The notes under the pieces were generated by a model. It was not told where the DNA came from. It saw only the letters and a program-made list of their open reading frames with translations, and ran no database searches. The position numbers were made by a program, and so were the translations under genes. From positions 1 to 64,000 of the forward strand of contig NW_021832612.1 of NCBI RefSeq assembly GCF_006345805.1: DNA of 64,000 nucleotides, written 5' to 3'. Shown piece after piece: positions 1 to 12,430 of the stretch (position 1 is its first letter; every line of letters starts with the position of its first letter). This stretch comes from Octopus sinensis. Taxonomy: Eukaryota.

Positions 1-400
1 CATCGTGTTCTTGTGATATAGCTCTTCGCATTACTTTTGCTTCATTTGCTGATAAGGCATCTACATTTACACATCGCTCTACTTCTTCACTGCCGTCTTT
101 CATTTTTCTCTTCTCACTGGGCACGTTATCTGTTGATGAAGTATTATTTCTATATTCTACTTTTCGTTTTATCACTTCTCTTTCCATGTCTGTTAACCAC
201 CCTTTTACGCTTATTGCTCTTGCCTGGCCGGCTAACCATTGCTCACTTGTTTCGAAGGGTCCTATCTCATTACATTTTGCTTTCATTCGTCGTCGGAATC
301 CCCTTCTACTGGGTTCATTCCTGATCCAGCATACAATTACCATTCTGTTTGCCTCATAATCCCACTTTCTCTGCCTCGCGGTTTATGTACAAGCAGTCTC
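1..400 (-). mobile_element. N-terminal coding end of an R4/Dong-type non-LTR retrotransposon; frame runs off the left window edge
   Basis: Manual minus-strand translation, open to position 1 and therefore absent from the ORF track: RQRKWDYEANRMVIVCWIRNEPSRRGFRRRMKAKCNEIGPFETSEQWLAGQARAISVKGWLTDMEREVIKR. It matches the KW...LA...LT..E...I N-terminal motif seen in the other elements of this window. Confidence 0.7.
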
Positions 401-419
401 TGGATGACCACTGGTTTTA

Positions 420-3100
420 GCATGGGTTTTCGTACACTTAGTTTTTATGTGCTTGTTTCCAGTTCGTCTAATTCTGGGATTGTTGTATTTGGAATTCACT
501 TAGATATACCTTTGCCTGTTTTGTTACTGAGTATGACGCTTTCTTGTTTCCGTGCTTTAAGACAAGTTTTAACATCTAGTCATCAGAGTTTTTCTAACTC
601 TTTTATGACATTCTGCCGGTCAAGGTTAACGTTAGATGTTTCTGTCATTTTTCCTTTGATAAATGTAGCTTTTGCACATTTATCGAGGCCAAATTGCATT
701 CTGATGTTATCACTGAATTGTTTAACAATCGTTAGTAAGCCCTTCAGTTGTTGGTCATTTTTTGCAAAGAGCTTTAAATCATCCATGTAAATGAGATGAT
801 TTATATCTTTATAAAACATTTTATATCCGTACTGTGGGTCATTGAGCAATTTTGAGAGAGGTATTATGGCTAAACAAAAGAGGAGTGGTGATAGCGAGTC
901 ACCCTGGAAAATGCCCTATGAAATTTTTACATCACCAGCAATTAGATATTCATCGTCACTGTTCAAAGTTAGTGTGGTTCTCCATGACCTCATACTTACA
1001 GACAAAAAGTTTCGCAGAGTAGGCAATATTTTATACATTTCCAGGCATTTCTTCATCCAGCTATGTGGTAGGCTATCAAAAACCTTTTTATAGTCTATCC
1101 AGGTTATTGACAATCTTCTAACATCATCTTATTGATGTGTAGTTGATCTTTACAACCATAGGATCCACGTTTACATCCTTTCTGTCCATTAGGGAATATG
1201 CTGCTGTCTGTAAAAAACTATAGGTATATTCAGTCAGGACAGATGTTAGCGTTTTATACATAGCTGTTAAGCAAGTTATGGGTCTATAGTTTTTTGGTTC
1301 ATTTCTTTCTTCACTTTTTGGAAGCAGGAATGTTAAACCATTAACTAGCCTAGAAGGCATCCTACTAGGGTGTTGCAAAACATCGTTGTAAAGTTCTATT
1401 AGCAGTTCATGGCTCTCTGGGAAGGCATTCAACCAGAAGTTAAGAATTTTATCCCTTCCTGGAGACTTCTATTTGCTTGACCTGCTGAAAGTAGATCTTA
1501 TATCTTCTACCTTGACACCCTCTCACTTTTGCTCCTCTAAGGAGTCCAAGTCTGTAGATATTCTATCAATCTAGGGGGCCTTTTCGTTGTGTGTTTTTTC
1601 TTCTGCCCAAATTTTATTCCAAAATCACTGCACTTCTTCTTTTGATGGTACAGATTTTACAGTAACTGATGTTTTCCCTATCTTCCTGTAAAAATTCTTG
1701 GGGTTATTTTTGAACATGTTGTTGTCCTTGAAGAATCTAACGAGCTTTTCATTCATCGCTATGCGGGCAACTTTAGCACATACCTTTTGCTTGATGGTTT
1801 CTATGGTGGCATCAATATCAAGTATAGTTTGCATATTATATTTTTATCTTTAATTTTGGGGTGTTTTTAGGTTGGTAGTCTTGTCAACCTTGAGGTTTTT
1901 CAAACTTTCAATGTCAGACCTAAGTAGTTTAATTTGTTGTTGGATACGCTCTTGCCAAGAAGGCTTTTTGTGGGAATGTTACCGTTTTCTAATATTTTCT
2001 CCACATAGAATCGTTGAGATTTTCGCGGATGCATAGGACAGGTGGTTGAGATCTGTGATATCAACATCATTAGCTGAAATTATATCCTTAAGTGCAAGGC
2101 GGATTTTACCAATTATTTTCATGTTTTTGTTAGAGTTGCGGATTTTAGGGAGTGTATCGCGTTCATCTATACTGGTTTCTTTAATTTTCAGCCATTCAAT
2201 AGTGATTTGATTTTTTTAGCTCATGTAGTTTTGTTGGGTCAATATTTGTGTGACTTTCTTCATCTATTTGATGTTCATCTGTCTTAGTGTTTATGGTTGG
2301 TTCAGGGAGTATTTCACATTGCCTATCAATTATACTAACTCTTTCAATCCTTACTACGTTTTTATCAGCCCTGAGCTGGTCTATAATTATTTCCTCTGTA
2401 TTATCTTCTTTAACTACGGCTTCGTTGTTTTTATCCTTTACTGCTTGTCTAATTTGGTCAATCTCTACTTCAGTCAGTAATTTTTTTTTTATAATGTTTC
2501 TTCTGACATTGGCAAGTTTGTTACTGTCTATGTAGGGTCTTACTTCAGGATGTTTCTGTCTCCAGTTTAAGTATGCTTGTACAGTATTAGATTTGTCTGT
2601 GGGGAAATATATGGCATGGTAGTAGGCCGCAAGAACTTCTTTATTATCATCCCTAGACCATTTTTCATTCTTTTTCTTTTGGATATTTGATGACGGGTAT
2701 GGATGGCGATCTGTTGGAATATTCCGGTTGTGAGTTACGTCCAGCTCCTGTGTGTCGGGAAGATTTGAACCGGTAGCTGATTTTTCAACTCGAATCTGGT
2801 TCAATATTCGGGTATGTGGTCTTTTGTAAACCGATTGATGACCATTGCGGTTTGTAATTTGTTTTGCTAACTGTAAGGCATGACGAGCTTCGACGCTTAC
2901 ATTAGGAGGCGGATCTGTCAGTTTAGGGTCAACTTTTTGCGACAACACTGACTTCGTGTTCTCTGCATGTAAACATTGTTCGTAGCGTAGCTTCTTAAGG
3001 CTAGCAGATCCGTATTCGTTTGTTACTTTTTTTATAGATTTATCTCCGAACATAGTTTTTTTTTGTTGTGTTTTTTAAACTTATGAAAGGTTCACTCTGT
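420..3100 (-). mobile_element. Degenerate R4/Dong-type non-LTR retrotransposon (family 1), with internal deletion and no 3' end
   Basis: ORF 2196-3053 has KWSRDDNKEVLAAYY...LANVRRNIIKKKLLTEVEI. RT fragments: NYRPITCL (1124-1432), WIDYKKVFDSLPH (916-1113), YMDDLKLF...FGLDKC (583-849). Many stops and frameshifts. Confidence 0.85.
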
Positions 3101-3413
3101 CTGTGTTAGTTCGAAAAAATGAAAATAAAATAAGAAAAACAATGCAAGTTGGCTTTGTTTTTGCATGGTTTGTGACACGTTCTTTCGTGTACGTGAGTGT
3201 GTATCCTGTAAATTTCACTTAGTGCGTACAATAACTTTGGGATGTATGTGTAGTCCTAAGGGTATCAAAATGTATATATGTTTGTATAGACATTCGAGTG
3301 TATGCGTAATTACTCAATTTATGTACTATTTTCGTCCGTTTATATTTTATAATTTGTAAACTTTCCGGTGTTGATATCGCGTGTGTTTCGCACATGTTTC
3401 ATTGAGACACCCT

Positions 3414-3441
3414 TATTATTATAATTATTATTATTATTATT

Positions 3442-3503
<62 letters not shown>

Positions 3504-3548
3504 TGTTGCTGTTGCTATTATTACTATCATCATCATCATCATCATCAT
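3414..3548. repeat. Compound trinucleotide microsatellite (TAT)n(TGT)n(CGT)n(CAT)n upstream of the PAN exon
   Basis: Directly visible. A TTA-rich repeat occupies the same position before each of the three paralogous exons. Confidence 0.95.
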
Positions 3549-3688
3549 CTCTTTACACAATATTGATATCTATTAATTATTACTCGTTAATCTAAATTAA
3601 TAAAACCATTCACCGTGAAATAGTCCCACCACCATTACGAAAAACTCCAAAAAACAACATTGATTTATCTATTTTCTTCTTCTTACAG

Positions 3689-3919
3689 GAAGATGTCCTT
3701 TGGATTTGATTTACAAAACTGTTCTAAGTTCAAACAATCAGTTGGGTGTCTTTAATGTTTCTAATTACAAACAATGTCTGCATAAATGCAAAGTAAAACC
3801 AAATTGCCGGTCGTTTGACTATTACTTTAATAAGAAAAGATGCCAGTTGTCAACTAAAGATCATACAATATTTCAGTTGCGTTTTCAAAAGGATTACATT
3901 TACACCGAAATAAACAGAG
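3689..3919 (+). CDS. Internal coding exon (phase 1-1, 231 nt), PAN/Apple-like domain; paralog 1 of a secreted PAN-domain gene whose upstream exons lie outside the window
   Basis: Acceptor ttttcttcttcttacag and donor AG|gtaagg. Translation RCPLDLIYKTVLSSNNQLGVFNVSNYKQCLHKCKVKPNCRSFDYYFNKKRCQLSTKDHTIFQLRFQKDYIYTEINR shows the C-x3-C-x5-C-x-SF-x-Y-x6-C-x-L PAN pattern. Paralogous exons at 24060 and 52050. Confidence 0.85.
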
Positions 3920-4071
3920 GTAAGGGCGTCATTTTCTTGTTTTTATTTATTTATTTTGTTGGAATTATACACAGTCAGTTGGACGAGATTAGGCACCACC
4001 TTCAAAAATATATCGATTGGTTAAGTCTAACTTCATATAAAGGTACGGACACATTACCAAATTAGATTCAC

Positions 4072-4395
<324 letters not shown>

Positions 4396-4409
4396 CATAC
4401 GTACAGATA

Positions 4410-5060
4410 ACTACTAAATAATCGATGAGCAATAGGGACGAAGATAGCACCAAACCTCCATGCTGTGATGGAAAATGTCGGCTCTGCTATACCAGTGTGA
4501 AAGATGTCACCCACATCATCAGCAGTTGCGACAAAATGCCTACGAGATTCTACGTGCCCCTGAGGCATGATATAGTTGCAAAGACTATTTACGATGCTAC
4601 CCATAGGAAGGACTGCTCGGACGTATAGATCAAAGCCATGTTAGAACCAGCAAGTAATCAGACCTTTTGAAAGCAAGGAATACTGGTGGAACTCCCCACC
4701 CCCTAAAAACATCAGTTCGGTGCAAATATAGCAGACCTGATATTGTTCTGTGGTTCAGGGGAAAAAAGTCATGCACTATTGCAGGGGTCAGCTGACCAGC
4801 GGATGTGTATGTACAATCAAAAGTCTTAGGAAGATAGAACATTTAAGGCAAACTTACAGCTCTTGTACCCTGACCATAAAGTCTCGTTTGCACCTTTCAT
4901 CAGAAATGCATTAGATTATGTAGCAGAAATTTTGCACATTTGCAGAAAAACCTATAAATACTCGGTTTCACAGAGAAAGAGCAAAAGAAAAACTGACGCG
5001 GATTGTCCAAATCCAATGTTTTAGTGGCACAGTGAAGATTTGTAAAACATTCCCAAACTA
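4410..5060 (+). mobile_element. 3' fragment of a REL-endonuclease non-LTR retrotransposon (CCHC knuckle plus endonuclease remnant)
   Basis: CRLCYTSVKDVTHIISSC...RHD knuckle followed by a degenerate RPDIVLW. Duplicated at 52650-53300; a related family lies at 62550-63760. Confidence 0.7.
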
Positions 5061-5069
5061 CTCCATCTG

Positions 5070-5930
5070 TGATTCTTATGTGAATAGATGCACACGATTG
5101 AGTATGCATCGACAGTCCCACCAACTCAACCACATAATTGCAATCACCGGGAACTCACTCATCTCAAAAACTCTTGTCCCTTTCTTACCGACTGTATGAT
5201 TATTGCATTCAGATGGCGGGAATTTTCTCCATTCGCTTCTTGCGTTGAAAGACAATTTGAAACAGCGAAGTGTGTACAGACACAAAAGTATGCTTCAAAC
5301 TGCTGACAGACCAATTCTTTTAATAGAACCTGTCTTGAAGTTCGAGAACCAAGTCAAATGTTGTGCCCGGGGAGATGGTATTTCTTTTACGACCCTGTCT
5401 CTTTGAATCATCCTCAAAACCCAGCAGCAACCGGGGATCTTTATTGAAGAGTGGTGGCGTGAAACGATCTTGTGCCAGACTTACCTAGAGAAAGGGAATT
5501 CATCATCTTTAAAGTACTGCCTGAATCCCTCAACAATGATGACGTTGGCTGCCAAGGAAAATCAATGTTACATTTACTGATGCTCTGCAAGACAGTACAT
5601 GGATTCCTCGGTAATGATAGTAAGAAGCCGTTTTAGGGACTCTGATGGATCGGCAAGAACGACGGAGGGAATTACTTTTCTACAGGAACCGAAAGTTGTA
5701 AATGTCTTGCTTCTATTTATTCCAATTGACACAAATTTTGGACATGGTGCCAATTGAAAATATTTTTTCAGAAACATAGACATGTCCAGTATCATAGTTG
5801 AAGACACCTCTTTTCCACAGCTCATGTGTGTATGGCGGAGATCTAGCCTCTGTTCGTCTTCCTCTGTGAACATTCTGTCTATTCTGTGCAGCCTATTTGC
5901 CGGAATTCCCTTGGAGTTGCGTTCTTCACC
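5070..5930 (-). mobile_element. Degenerate Helitron Rep N-terminal fragment
   Basis: Minus strand gives KVIPSVVLADPSESLKRLLT. The duplicate at 53310-53830 gives KYKIAFQMTSFA, resembling the Helitron GKVxLP..PPEPL..LL and YNSAFQMTSFGA motifs. Confidence 0.55.
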
Positions 5931-6207
5931 AGACAACTCCAGTTATCTGTGAACAACCTGTTTGGAAGTGTTCTGTTTATGGTGATAATCGTTCCATGAC
6001 ATGGCTAAGCTCTCTTTATTATTATTATCATTATTATTATTATTATTATCATTGTCATTTACTTTTAATCTGCATGTTTGATGCAATCACCTGCCGGGGC
6101 ACACCCAGCGCCCTAGGGCAAGTGAAGGTTAAGAGTTGTTGAAATATAGCTGAAAGCTTGGGGAGGGGAAGTAGAGAAATATCTCCATGTAATACAAACA
6201 CAAACAT

Positions 6208-6920
6208 TTACATTGATAGGGTTTTTCTAAGGATGTGGGCAGTACTTGTTAGCACAATCTTTTGGATTTCCTTGAGACATGGTTTTCCAGGGATATTGTC
6301 TAGGTGTTTCTGACATCCCTTTTTTATCATACCTAGGGCACCTACAATAACAGGAACAGTTTTTGTTTTAAGATTCCACATCCTCTGTATTTCGATTTCC
6401 AGGTCCTTATATTTACTAAGTTTGTCAAATTCCTTGACAGATACATTTTTATCAGTGGGGACGCTTACTTCTATTAGTCTGCAGGTATTTTCTTCCCTGT
6501 CTTTAACAATTATGTCTGGTCGATTAGCCTTGATCGTTCTGTCAGTGTTGACTGGAAAATCCCAGAGGATGGTGACATCTTTACCTTCAACAACTGGCTG
6601 AGGGTGGTGTTCATACCAGTTAGCAGGAGTGTCGGATTTGTAGTGTTTACATATCTTCCAATGTATATACTGTCCTACCCTATCGTGGCGATTTTTGTAT
6701 TCGTTTGGTGTCAGCACAGGACATCCCGAAACGAGATGGTCTATTGTTTCGTCAAATGTGTCACAGAATCTGCATTTAGGGTCAGTACCGTTTCGGAGAA
6801 CGTTAGCCTGGTAATTTCTGGTAAACAAGCTTTGATCTTGTGCTGCCATTATGAAGCCTTCAGTCTCTGCTTTCAATCCAGAACTCTTCAGCCACTGATG
6901 GGTTGTTGCTTGGTCTTTGG
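6208..6920 (-). CDS. Retrotransposon C-terminal zinc knuckle and REL endonuclease (frameshifted from the upstream ORF)
   Basis: HQWLKSSGLKAETEGFIMAAQDQSL...CRFCDTFDETIDHLVSGC...RHD...ANRPDII...KLSKYKDL...GALG. Confidence 0.9.
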
Positions 6921-9697
6921 CTTCGGAGAATGTATTGTCCATGCAGAGGCTTCTGGCTCCACCGCCTCTCAATTTGATTCTGCCCGTTCTTTTTTGCAGT
7001 CTGCCTGATTCGCTTTGCTTGCTTGGTAGCAGTGGTTTCTGGCTCTTCACCTGATTCAAGGTTAATACCTAGTTCCCTTTCGAACTTATAAGCTTCCTTG
7101 ACAATAGAATGCAGCTTTTTGCTGCTTTCGTGTTCACACACAAGTCGCAGCATCCAGTCTTTTGTACTAGATAGGTACCTGTTCATTCCTACAGTAGAGG
7201 TCTTATAGCACAGCTCTAATTGCATCATTCCTCTCCCCCCGCTGCTTCTAGGTAGGTACAAGCGGTCTACATCTGCCTTAGGGTGGTGCATGCTCCTGGA
7301 TGTCAGTAACTTTCTTGTCTTCCTGTCCAAGCGTTGGAGTTCCGTAAGGTTCCAGTTAATGATGTTAAAACTGTACTGGACTACTGGAAGTGCCAGGGTG
7401 TTAATGGCCTCAATGCAATTTTTGGAGTTGAGTTCAGTCTTCAGTACAAGCCTTATTCTCCTATAGTACTCCTTTCTTATTTTTTCCTTCATAGTAGCAT
7501 GATGTATACCATCTCCTTCGTTGATTCCTAGGTATTTGTAACTTTCTTGTGGGTCAAGTTCCTTGATGGTAGTGTCAATATCTAATTTAACAGAAGCTGT
7601 TTGCCTGAGCTTGCCTCTTACAAAAGTTGCTTTAGCACACTTATCAAGGCCAAAATCCATTCCGATATCATTGCTAAACTCTTTAACAGTTGTTAGCAGC
7701 CCTTCTAGCTCTTGGTCATTCTTGGCAAACAGCTTTAGATCGTCCATATAAAAAAGGTGGTTTATTAACTTGCTAAAAACTTTGTACCCATATCTGGCAC
7801 TATCCAATTCGTTTGAGAGTGGGATCAGTGCCATGCAAAAAAGTAATGGAGAGAGGGAGTCACCTTGAAAGATGCCTCGTTTGATGTTGATGCTGTTGGA
7901 CTGGCTCATCCCATTACTATGGCTTAGAAAGAGACGTGTGTTCCACATGGTCATGCTATTCTCTAAGAATTTTGAGACGACAGGGGAGATCTTGTATATC
8001 TCAAGGGCCTTGAGTATCCATTTATGTGGGACACTGTCATACGCTTTCCTGTAGTCTATCCATGCCATACTCAGGTTTTTGTTTTTGCTCCGGCAATTCT
8101 CTACAATCATTCTGTTTATGAGCAATTGGTCTTTGCACCCATAAGAGTTTCTTTTACAACCTTTTTGAGCTTGTGGAAGGATAGAATTTTGTTCAAGGAA
8201 AGCGTACATTCTCTCCGTTATTATGGATGTGAGGATTTTGTAGGTGGTGTTGAGACATGTTATTGGCCGGTAATTCTTTGGGTTTTTTGTGTCTTCGGTT
8301 TTAGGTAATAGGTAGGTGGTTCCTTCAGTCAGCCAAGCAGGTATTTGCTCTGGGTTCTGAATGACATCAGACAGAGATGCAGCGAGATGTTCGTGTACCT
8401 CTGTCAAACAATTCAGCCAGAAGTTAGGGATCCGATCCAGTCCTGGGGTTTTCCATTTGTGAGCCTTCCTAAGGACACACCTTAGCTCCTCTATTCCTAT
8501 TGCTTCCCATTTCTGTTCTTCAAGTTCATCCAGTCTCTCTTTCTCACGTTCTATCCAGTCAGCCTCAGCATTAAACTCTTTTTCGTTGCTCCATACCTTC
8601 TTCCAGAACTCCTCCACTTCCTCAATCTTAGGTGGATCTTCTATGTGTATTTTATTTTTGCCAATTTCCCTATAAAATGTCTTTGCATCTGTCTTAAAAA
8701 ATTTATTTTGTCGATAAAATTTGTTTCTTTTGTCATACCTTCTAAGCCGTTGAGCTTTCAACTGTATCCGTTGTTTCAACAGTTCCTTAGTTGCAGGGAG
8801 GTTTATGAGATCTTTGATTTTATATTTTTGCTTGATTTTTCTAGCTTTTCTCGGCTTAATATTCACTCCTCTAGCAAGCTCATCGAGAACTGAAACATCC
8901 GCCCGCAGAGATTCAATCTCTTTTTGTATCGCTACTTTCCACTTAGGAGGTTCATTGACATGCCTGGCCTTTTTCTTTGTCATCTTAATACCTAGTTGGG
9001 TAGTTACTACTTTAGCAGTGGAATAAATGAGATTATTTAAGGTTGTCAAATCATTCCCCTTATTTCTTAAGATCTGTCCTAGGGCAACGTTATATGTCAT
9101 GATTGTGTTGTTATTTCTTGTGCCATTTGAAAACTTTGGTAGTGGTTCTCTATTAACCATGTCAGTGAGCTCAATCTTGCCGAGTTCTCTCTTAATGTCC
9201 ACATTTGCTTCCATAATCTTTTCTCTATTATTCACCTCAAATTCTATGTCATATCTATTTTGGTTTTCTTGAGGAAGGTCTACGTTCTCCTCTTTTTTCA
9301 AATCTCTCGTCTTCGCTATTCTTTGTTTAACTTCCCCATTGGGAAGTTGATTTGCCGCTTGTACACTGGCTTCTGTGCTACTGTTACCTATTTCGTCTAC
9401 ATTGTTGCTGTTTTCTTTTGGTCTACCATGAGCTATTAGTGTCCTAATTTTGTCAATTTCAGCGTCAGTTAGTCTTTTGTTTTTAATTATATCTCTGCGT
9501 ACATTACTTAATTTATTTGCGTCTATATATCTACGTACGTCATCGCCTACTGAATTTCTCCATGAGATGTATGTTTGTACACTGAGGTTATTGTTTGGGT
9601 TTAGTTGGGCTGTATAAAAAGCTTTCAACACATCTCTATAGTCCTCTCTGGTCCATTTTATACGTTTTGCTTTAGGTGGTGTTTTTGGTGGTGTCAC
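6860..9697 (-). CDS. Retrotransposon polyprotein, N-terminal and reverse transcriptase part (no ATG; frame open to the 5' junction)
   Basis: ORF track, 945 aa, with a complete set of RT motifs. Confidence 0.9.
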   Translation of the reverse strand: MTPPKTPPKAKRIKWTREDYRDVLKAFYTAQLNPNNNLSVQTYISWRNSVGDDVRRYIDANKLSNVRRDIIKNKRLTDAEIDKIRTLIAHGRPKENSNNVDEIGNSSTEASVQAANQLPNGEVKQRIAKTRDLKKEENVDLPQENQNRYDIEFEVNNREKIMEANVDIKRELGKIELTDMVNREPLPKFSNGTRNNNTIMTYNVALGQILRNKGNDLTTLNNLIYSTAKVVTTQLGIKMTKKKARHVNEPPKWKVAIQKEIESLRADVSVLDELARGVNIKPRKARKIKQKYKIKDLINLPATKELLKQRIQLKAQRLRRYDKRNKFYRQNKFFKTDAKTFYREIGKNKIHIEDPPKIEEVEEFWKKVWSNEKEFNAEADWIEREKERLDELEEQKWEAIGIEELRCVLRKAHKWKTPGLDRIPNFWLNCLTEVHEHLAASLSDVIQNPEQIPAWLTEGTTYLLPKTEDTKNPKNYRPITCLNTTYKILTSIITERMYAFLEQNSILPQAQKGCKRNSYGCKDQLLINRMIVENCRSKNKNLSMAWIDYRKAYDSVPHKWILKALEIYKISPVVSKFLENSMTMWNTRLFLSHSNGMSQSNSINIKRGIFQGDSLSPLLFCMALIPLSNELDSARYGYKVFSKLINHLFYMDDLKLFAKNDQELEGLLTTVKEFSNDIGMDFGLDKCAKATFVRGKLRQTASVKLDIDTTIKELDPQESYKYLGINEGDGIHHATMKEKIRKEYYRRIRLVLKTELNSKNCIEAINTLALPVVQYSFNIINWNLTELQRLDRKTRKLLTSRSMHHPKADVDRLYLPRSSGGRGMMQLELCYKTSTVGMNRYLSSTKDWMLRLVCEHESSKKLHSIVKEAYKFERELGINLESGEEPETTATKQAKRIRQTAKKNGQNQIERRWSQKPLHGQYILRSQRPSNNPSVAEEFWIESRD

Positions 9698-9813
9698 TAC
9701 AAGTCCAGAGTTAGAAGTATTCTGGTTCTGGTCACCTGGTAGATCGTCTTTTTGAGAGTTTGTTCCAGCAGCAAACTTTTCGACCCCAGTCTGGTTCCCT
9801 ACTGGGTAACGCG

Positions 9814-9815
<2 letters not shown>

Positions 9816-9885
<70 letters not shown>

Positions 9886-9916
9886 GTTATTATTATTATT
9901 ATTATCATTATTATCA
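9816..9916. repeat. (TTA)n microsatellite at the 5' junction of the element
   Basis: Directly visible. Confidence 0.95.
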
Positions 9917-10059
9917 TTTTTCTCTTTCTTCAAATTTTCTTCCGTTTCTCGCCGAGTGTTTTCCGTACACCTTGGGCAGAGAAGCTCATTGTATGCATTC
10001 CCAGATTACACACGCAAATTCACAGGTAAAATATATATTTAAAAAATTAATAAATAAAT

Positions 10060-12430
10060 AAATTCATGAATAGATGTTGTTTTCACAGCGATAATGCCCT
10101 TCTCGGTACATGAGCCGTTCCAGTTAACACGATTTTTTGCACTTCATGTAGGAATGGTAAGCCTGGTATCATTTTCAAATAGGTTTCAGTACCTTTTTTT
10201 ATCATTCCTAGAGATCCTACAATCTGGTACTGTAGTCGCCTTGAGATGCCACATTTTTTCAATTTCTATTAGCAAGTCTTTATATTTACTGATCTTGTCA
10301 GATTCTTTCGCCGCTATATTGTGATCGCAAGGAATACTCATATCAATTAATAAACACGCCTTTTTCGTCTAATCTTTTATAATAATATCCGGTTTATTAG
10401 CTTATATATATTATATATATTAGCTTAGCTTATATATTCTGCACCCTGAGATTAGGTGGTCTATTGTTTCAATCTTATCGTTACAGAATCGGCATTTTGG
10501 GTCAGCTCCATTTTTCATCACATTGGCTTGGTAGTTCCGGGTTAATAAGCTTTGGTCTTGAGCAGCTAATACGAAACCTTCACTCTCTGCTTTTAGCCCT
10601 GAGCTTCGTAACCATTGATGCGTATGTTTCTGGTCGACATCAGCTTGTTTGTTACAGGTCACATACTTGCCATGCAGAGGTTTCTGTTCCCATCTGCTAG
10701 CTAATTTTTCATGTGCTTTTGTCTTTGCAAGTAATTTTATTTTCTTTGCAGCAGCAGTTGGCGCATTTCCTTCAGCCTGATCAATCTTGTAGGTATCTAA
10801 GAGATCAGTAGCGAATTTTTTGCTCTCTTTGAAAATAGAGTGATGTTTTTTCGGTCTTTCATGTTTTCCAACAAGTTTTAGCATCCAATCGTTGGTTGCT
10901 TCATGGTATTTGACCAGTCCGATTGTGGTGGCTTTGTACGTAAGTTCAAGCTGGTTCAAATCTCGACCTTCCTGAGCTCTGGGAAGGTAAAGGCGATCCA
11001 CGTCTGCCTTTGGATGGTGCATCTTATTACAAGTCAGTAGCTTGCGGATTTTTCTGTCAATTTTCATTATTTCACTGGTATTCCAGTTTAGCACATTGAA
11101 GCTATAAAGAACAACTGGTACTGCAAAGGGATTTATAGCTTACACCTTATTATATGCATTCAGCTCAGACTTCAGGAATGCTCGAACTCTTCTAAAACAT
11201 TCCTTCCTAACCTTCTCTTTCATGCTTGCATGCTGGATACTAGAGCCTTCATTTATTCCTAGGTATTTATAGGTTTGTTCCTGCTCAAGTTCCTTTATTA
11301 CTGTTTCGACATCTAATTCGATTGAACTTAACTTTATCAATTTCCCTTTCTTAAAAGTGGCTTTGGCACACTTTTCAATGCCGAACTCCATCCCAATATC
11401 ATCACTGAATCCTTTCACGGTATGTAGTAGTCCTTCAAGCTCTTCATCATCTTTGCCATATAGATTTAAATCATCCATATAAAAATAATTGGCTTATTTT
11501 CTTGTTGTCAATTTTGTAGCCATATCCTATTCTATTCAGTTCACTTGAGAGTGGTATTAGTGCTATGCAGAAAATTAGTGGCGAAATGAGTCATCTTGGA
11601 AAATGCCACAGTTTATGCTAATGTTGTTTGAGCGCAATACTCCATTAGAATGATATAATTGAAGCTTTGTGTTCCATAGTTCCATAGGTCGGCGATTGAG
11701 ATGTCTTCCTATATCCGTTCTTGTAGATTTTTGTAGGCATCTTGGGTGCGTTTGATCCACTCTGCATTTTCATTGCATGGTTTCTCATCACTCCAGATCC
11801 CTTTCCAAAAGTTTTCAACTTCTTCTATTAGGGGTGGATTTTCAATGGTTACTTTTTCGTTCCTTAATTCCCTGTAAAATGATTTGACATTGGATTTTAA
11901 CATTATATTTTGCTTGTAGTATTTGATTCTTTTCTCAAATCTGCGTATTCTCTGAGCTTTTGCTTGAACTTTTTGTTTAAGTGTTTCTTTCGCTGACCTT
12001 CTCTTGTTGAGTGTCCATATTTTCTCAAAATCTTCCTGCCTTTTCTTGATCTTACATCATTTCCAAAGATTATCTCAGTTAATATTGATATCTCCCTTCG
12101 CAATGATTCAATTTCAGTTTCAATTCTACTCCTCCTGTTTGATTTTCTTTTCCAATTTGGTATTGTTGGCTTTTGGGGTGTTAAACAGAGTCTTTCGATT
12201 ACCTTAGCAACAGTGTAAATAATTTCATTTAACTTATTATTAAGCTTGGGTTTATTTGTTGTATGATTTCTTGTGTAACGCAGTTGCCAATTTTTATCTG
12301 TGTTTTATGTTGGTGTGCATTTGAGAGTTTATGAAGTGGTTCTCTATCATTCATATTTGTATGCCCTATAACTGCAAGCTCATTCAGAATTTCCTGCTTC
12401 ATTTCAGTGATAGATACGCTGCTTCTTACT
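10060..12430 (-). mobile_element. Degenerate R4/Dong-type element (family 2), copy 1, with internal deletions
   Basis: ORFs 10420-11094 (MHHPKADVDRLYL, CRFC...H...GC) and 11140-11478 (MDDL, FGIEKC). Highly similar to 20850-23030 but lacks about 0.5 kb of the RT 5' half at about 11690. Confidence 0.88.

Larger units (their letters stand above)
6050..9815 (-). mobile_element. Near-intact R4/Dong-type non-LTR retrotransposon (RT, CCHC knuckle, PD-(D/E)xK restriction-like endonuclease), 5'-truncated and inserted in (TAA)n
   Basis: 945-aa ORF 6860-9697 with RT motifs NYRPITCL, QGDSLSP and YMDDLKLF. After one frameshift near 6920 it continues in 6208-7059 with CRFC-x7-H-x4-C, RHD, RPDII and EFDKLSKY. 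ATT/TAA repeats flank both sides (about 6015-6060 and 9816-9916). Confidence 0.95.

Noticed and set aside
6604-9272. Plus-strand ORFs overlapping the retrotransposons
   Set aside because: They are antisense shadows of the minus-strand coding frames, with no recognisable motifs.
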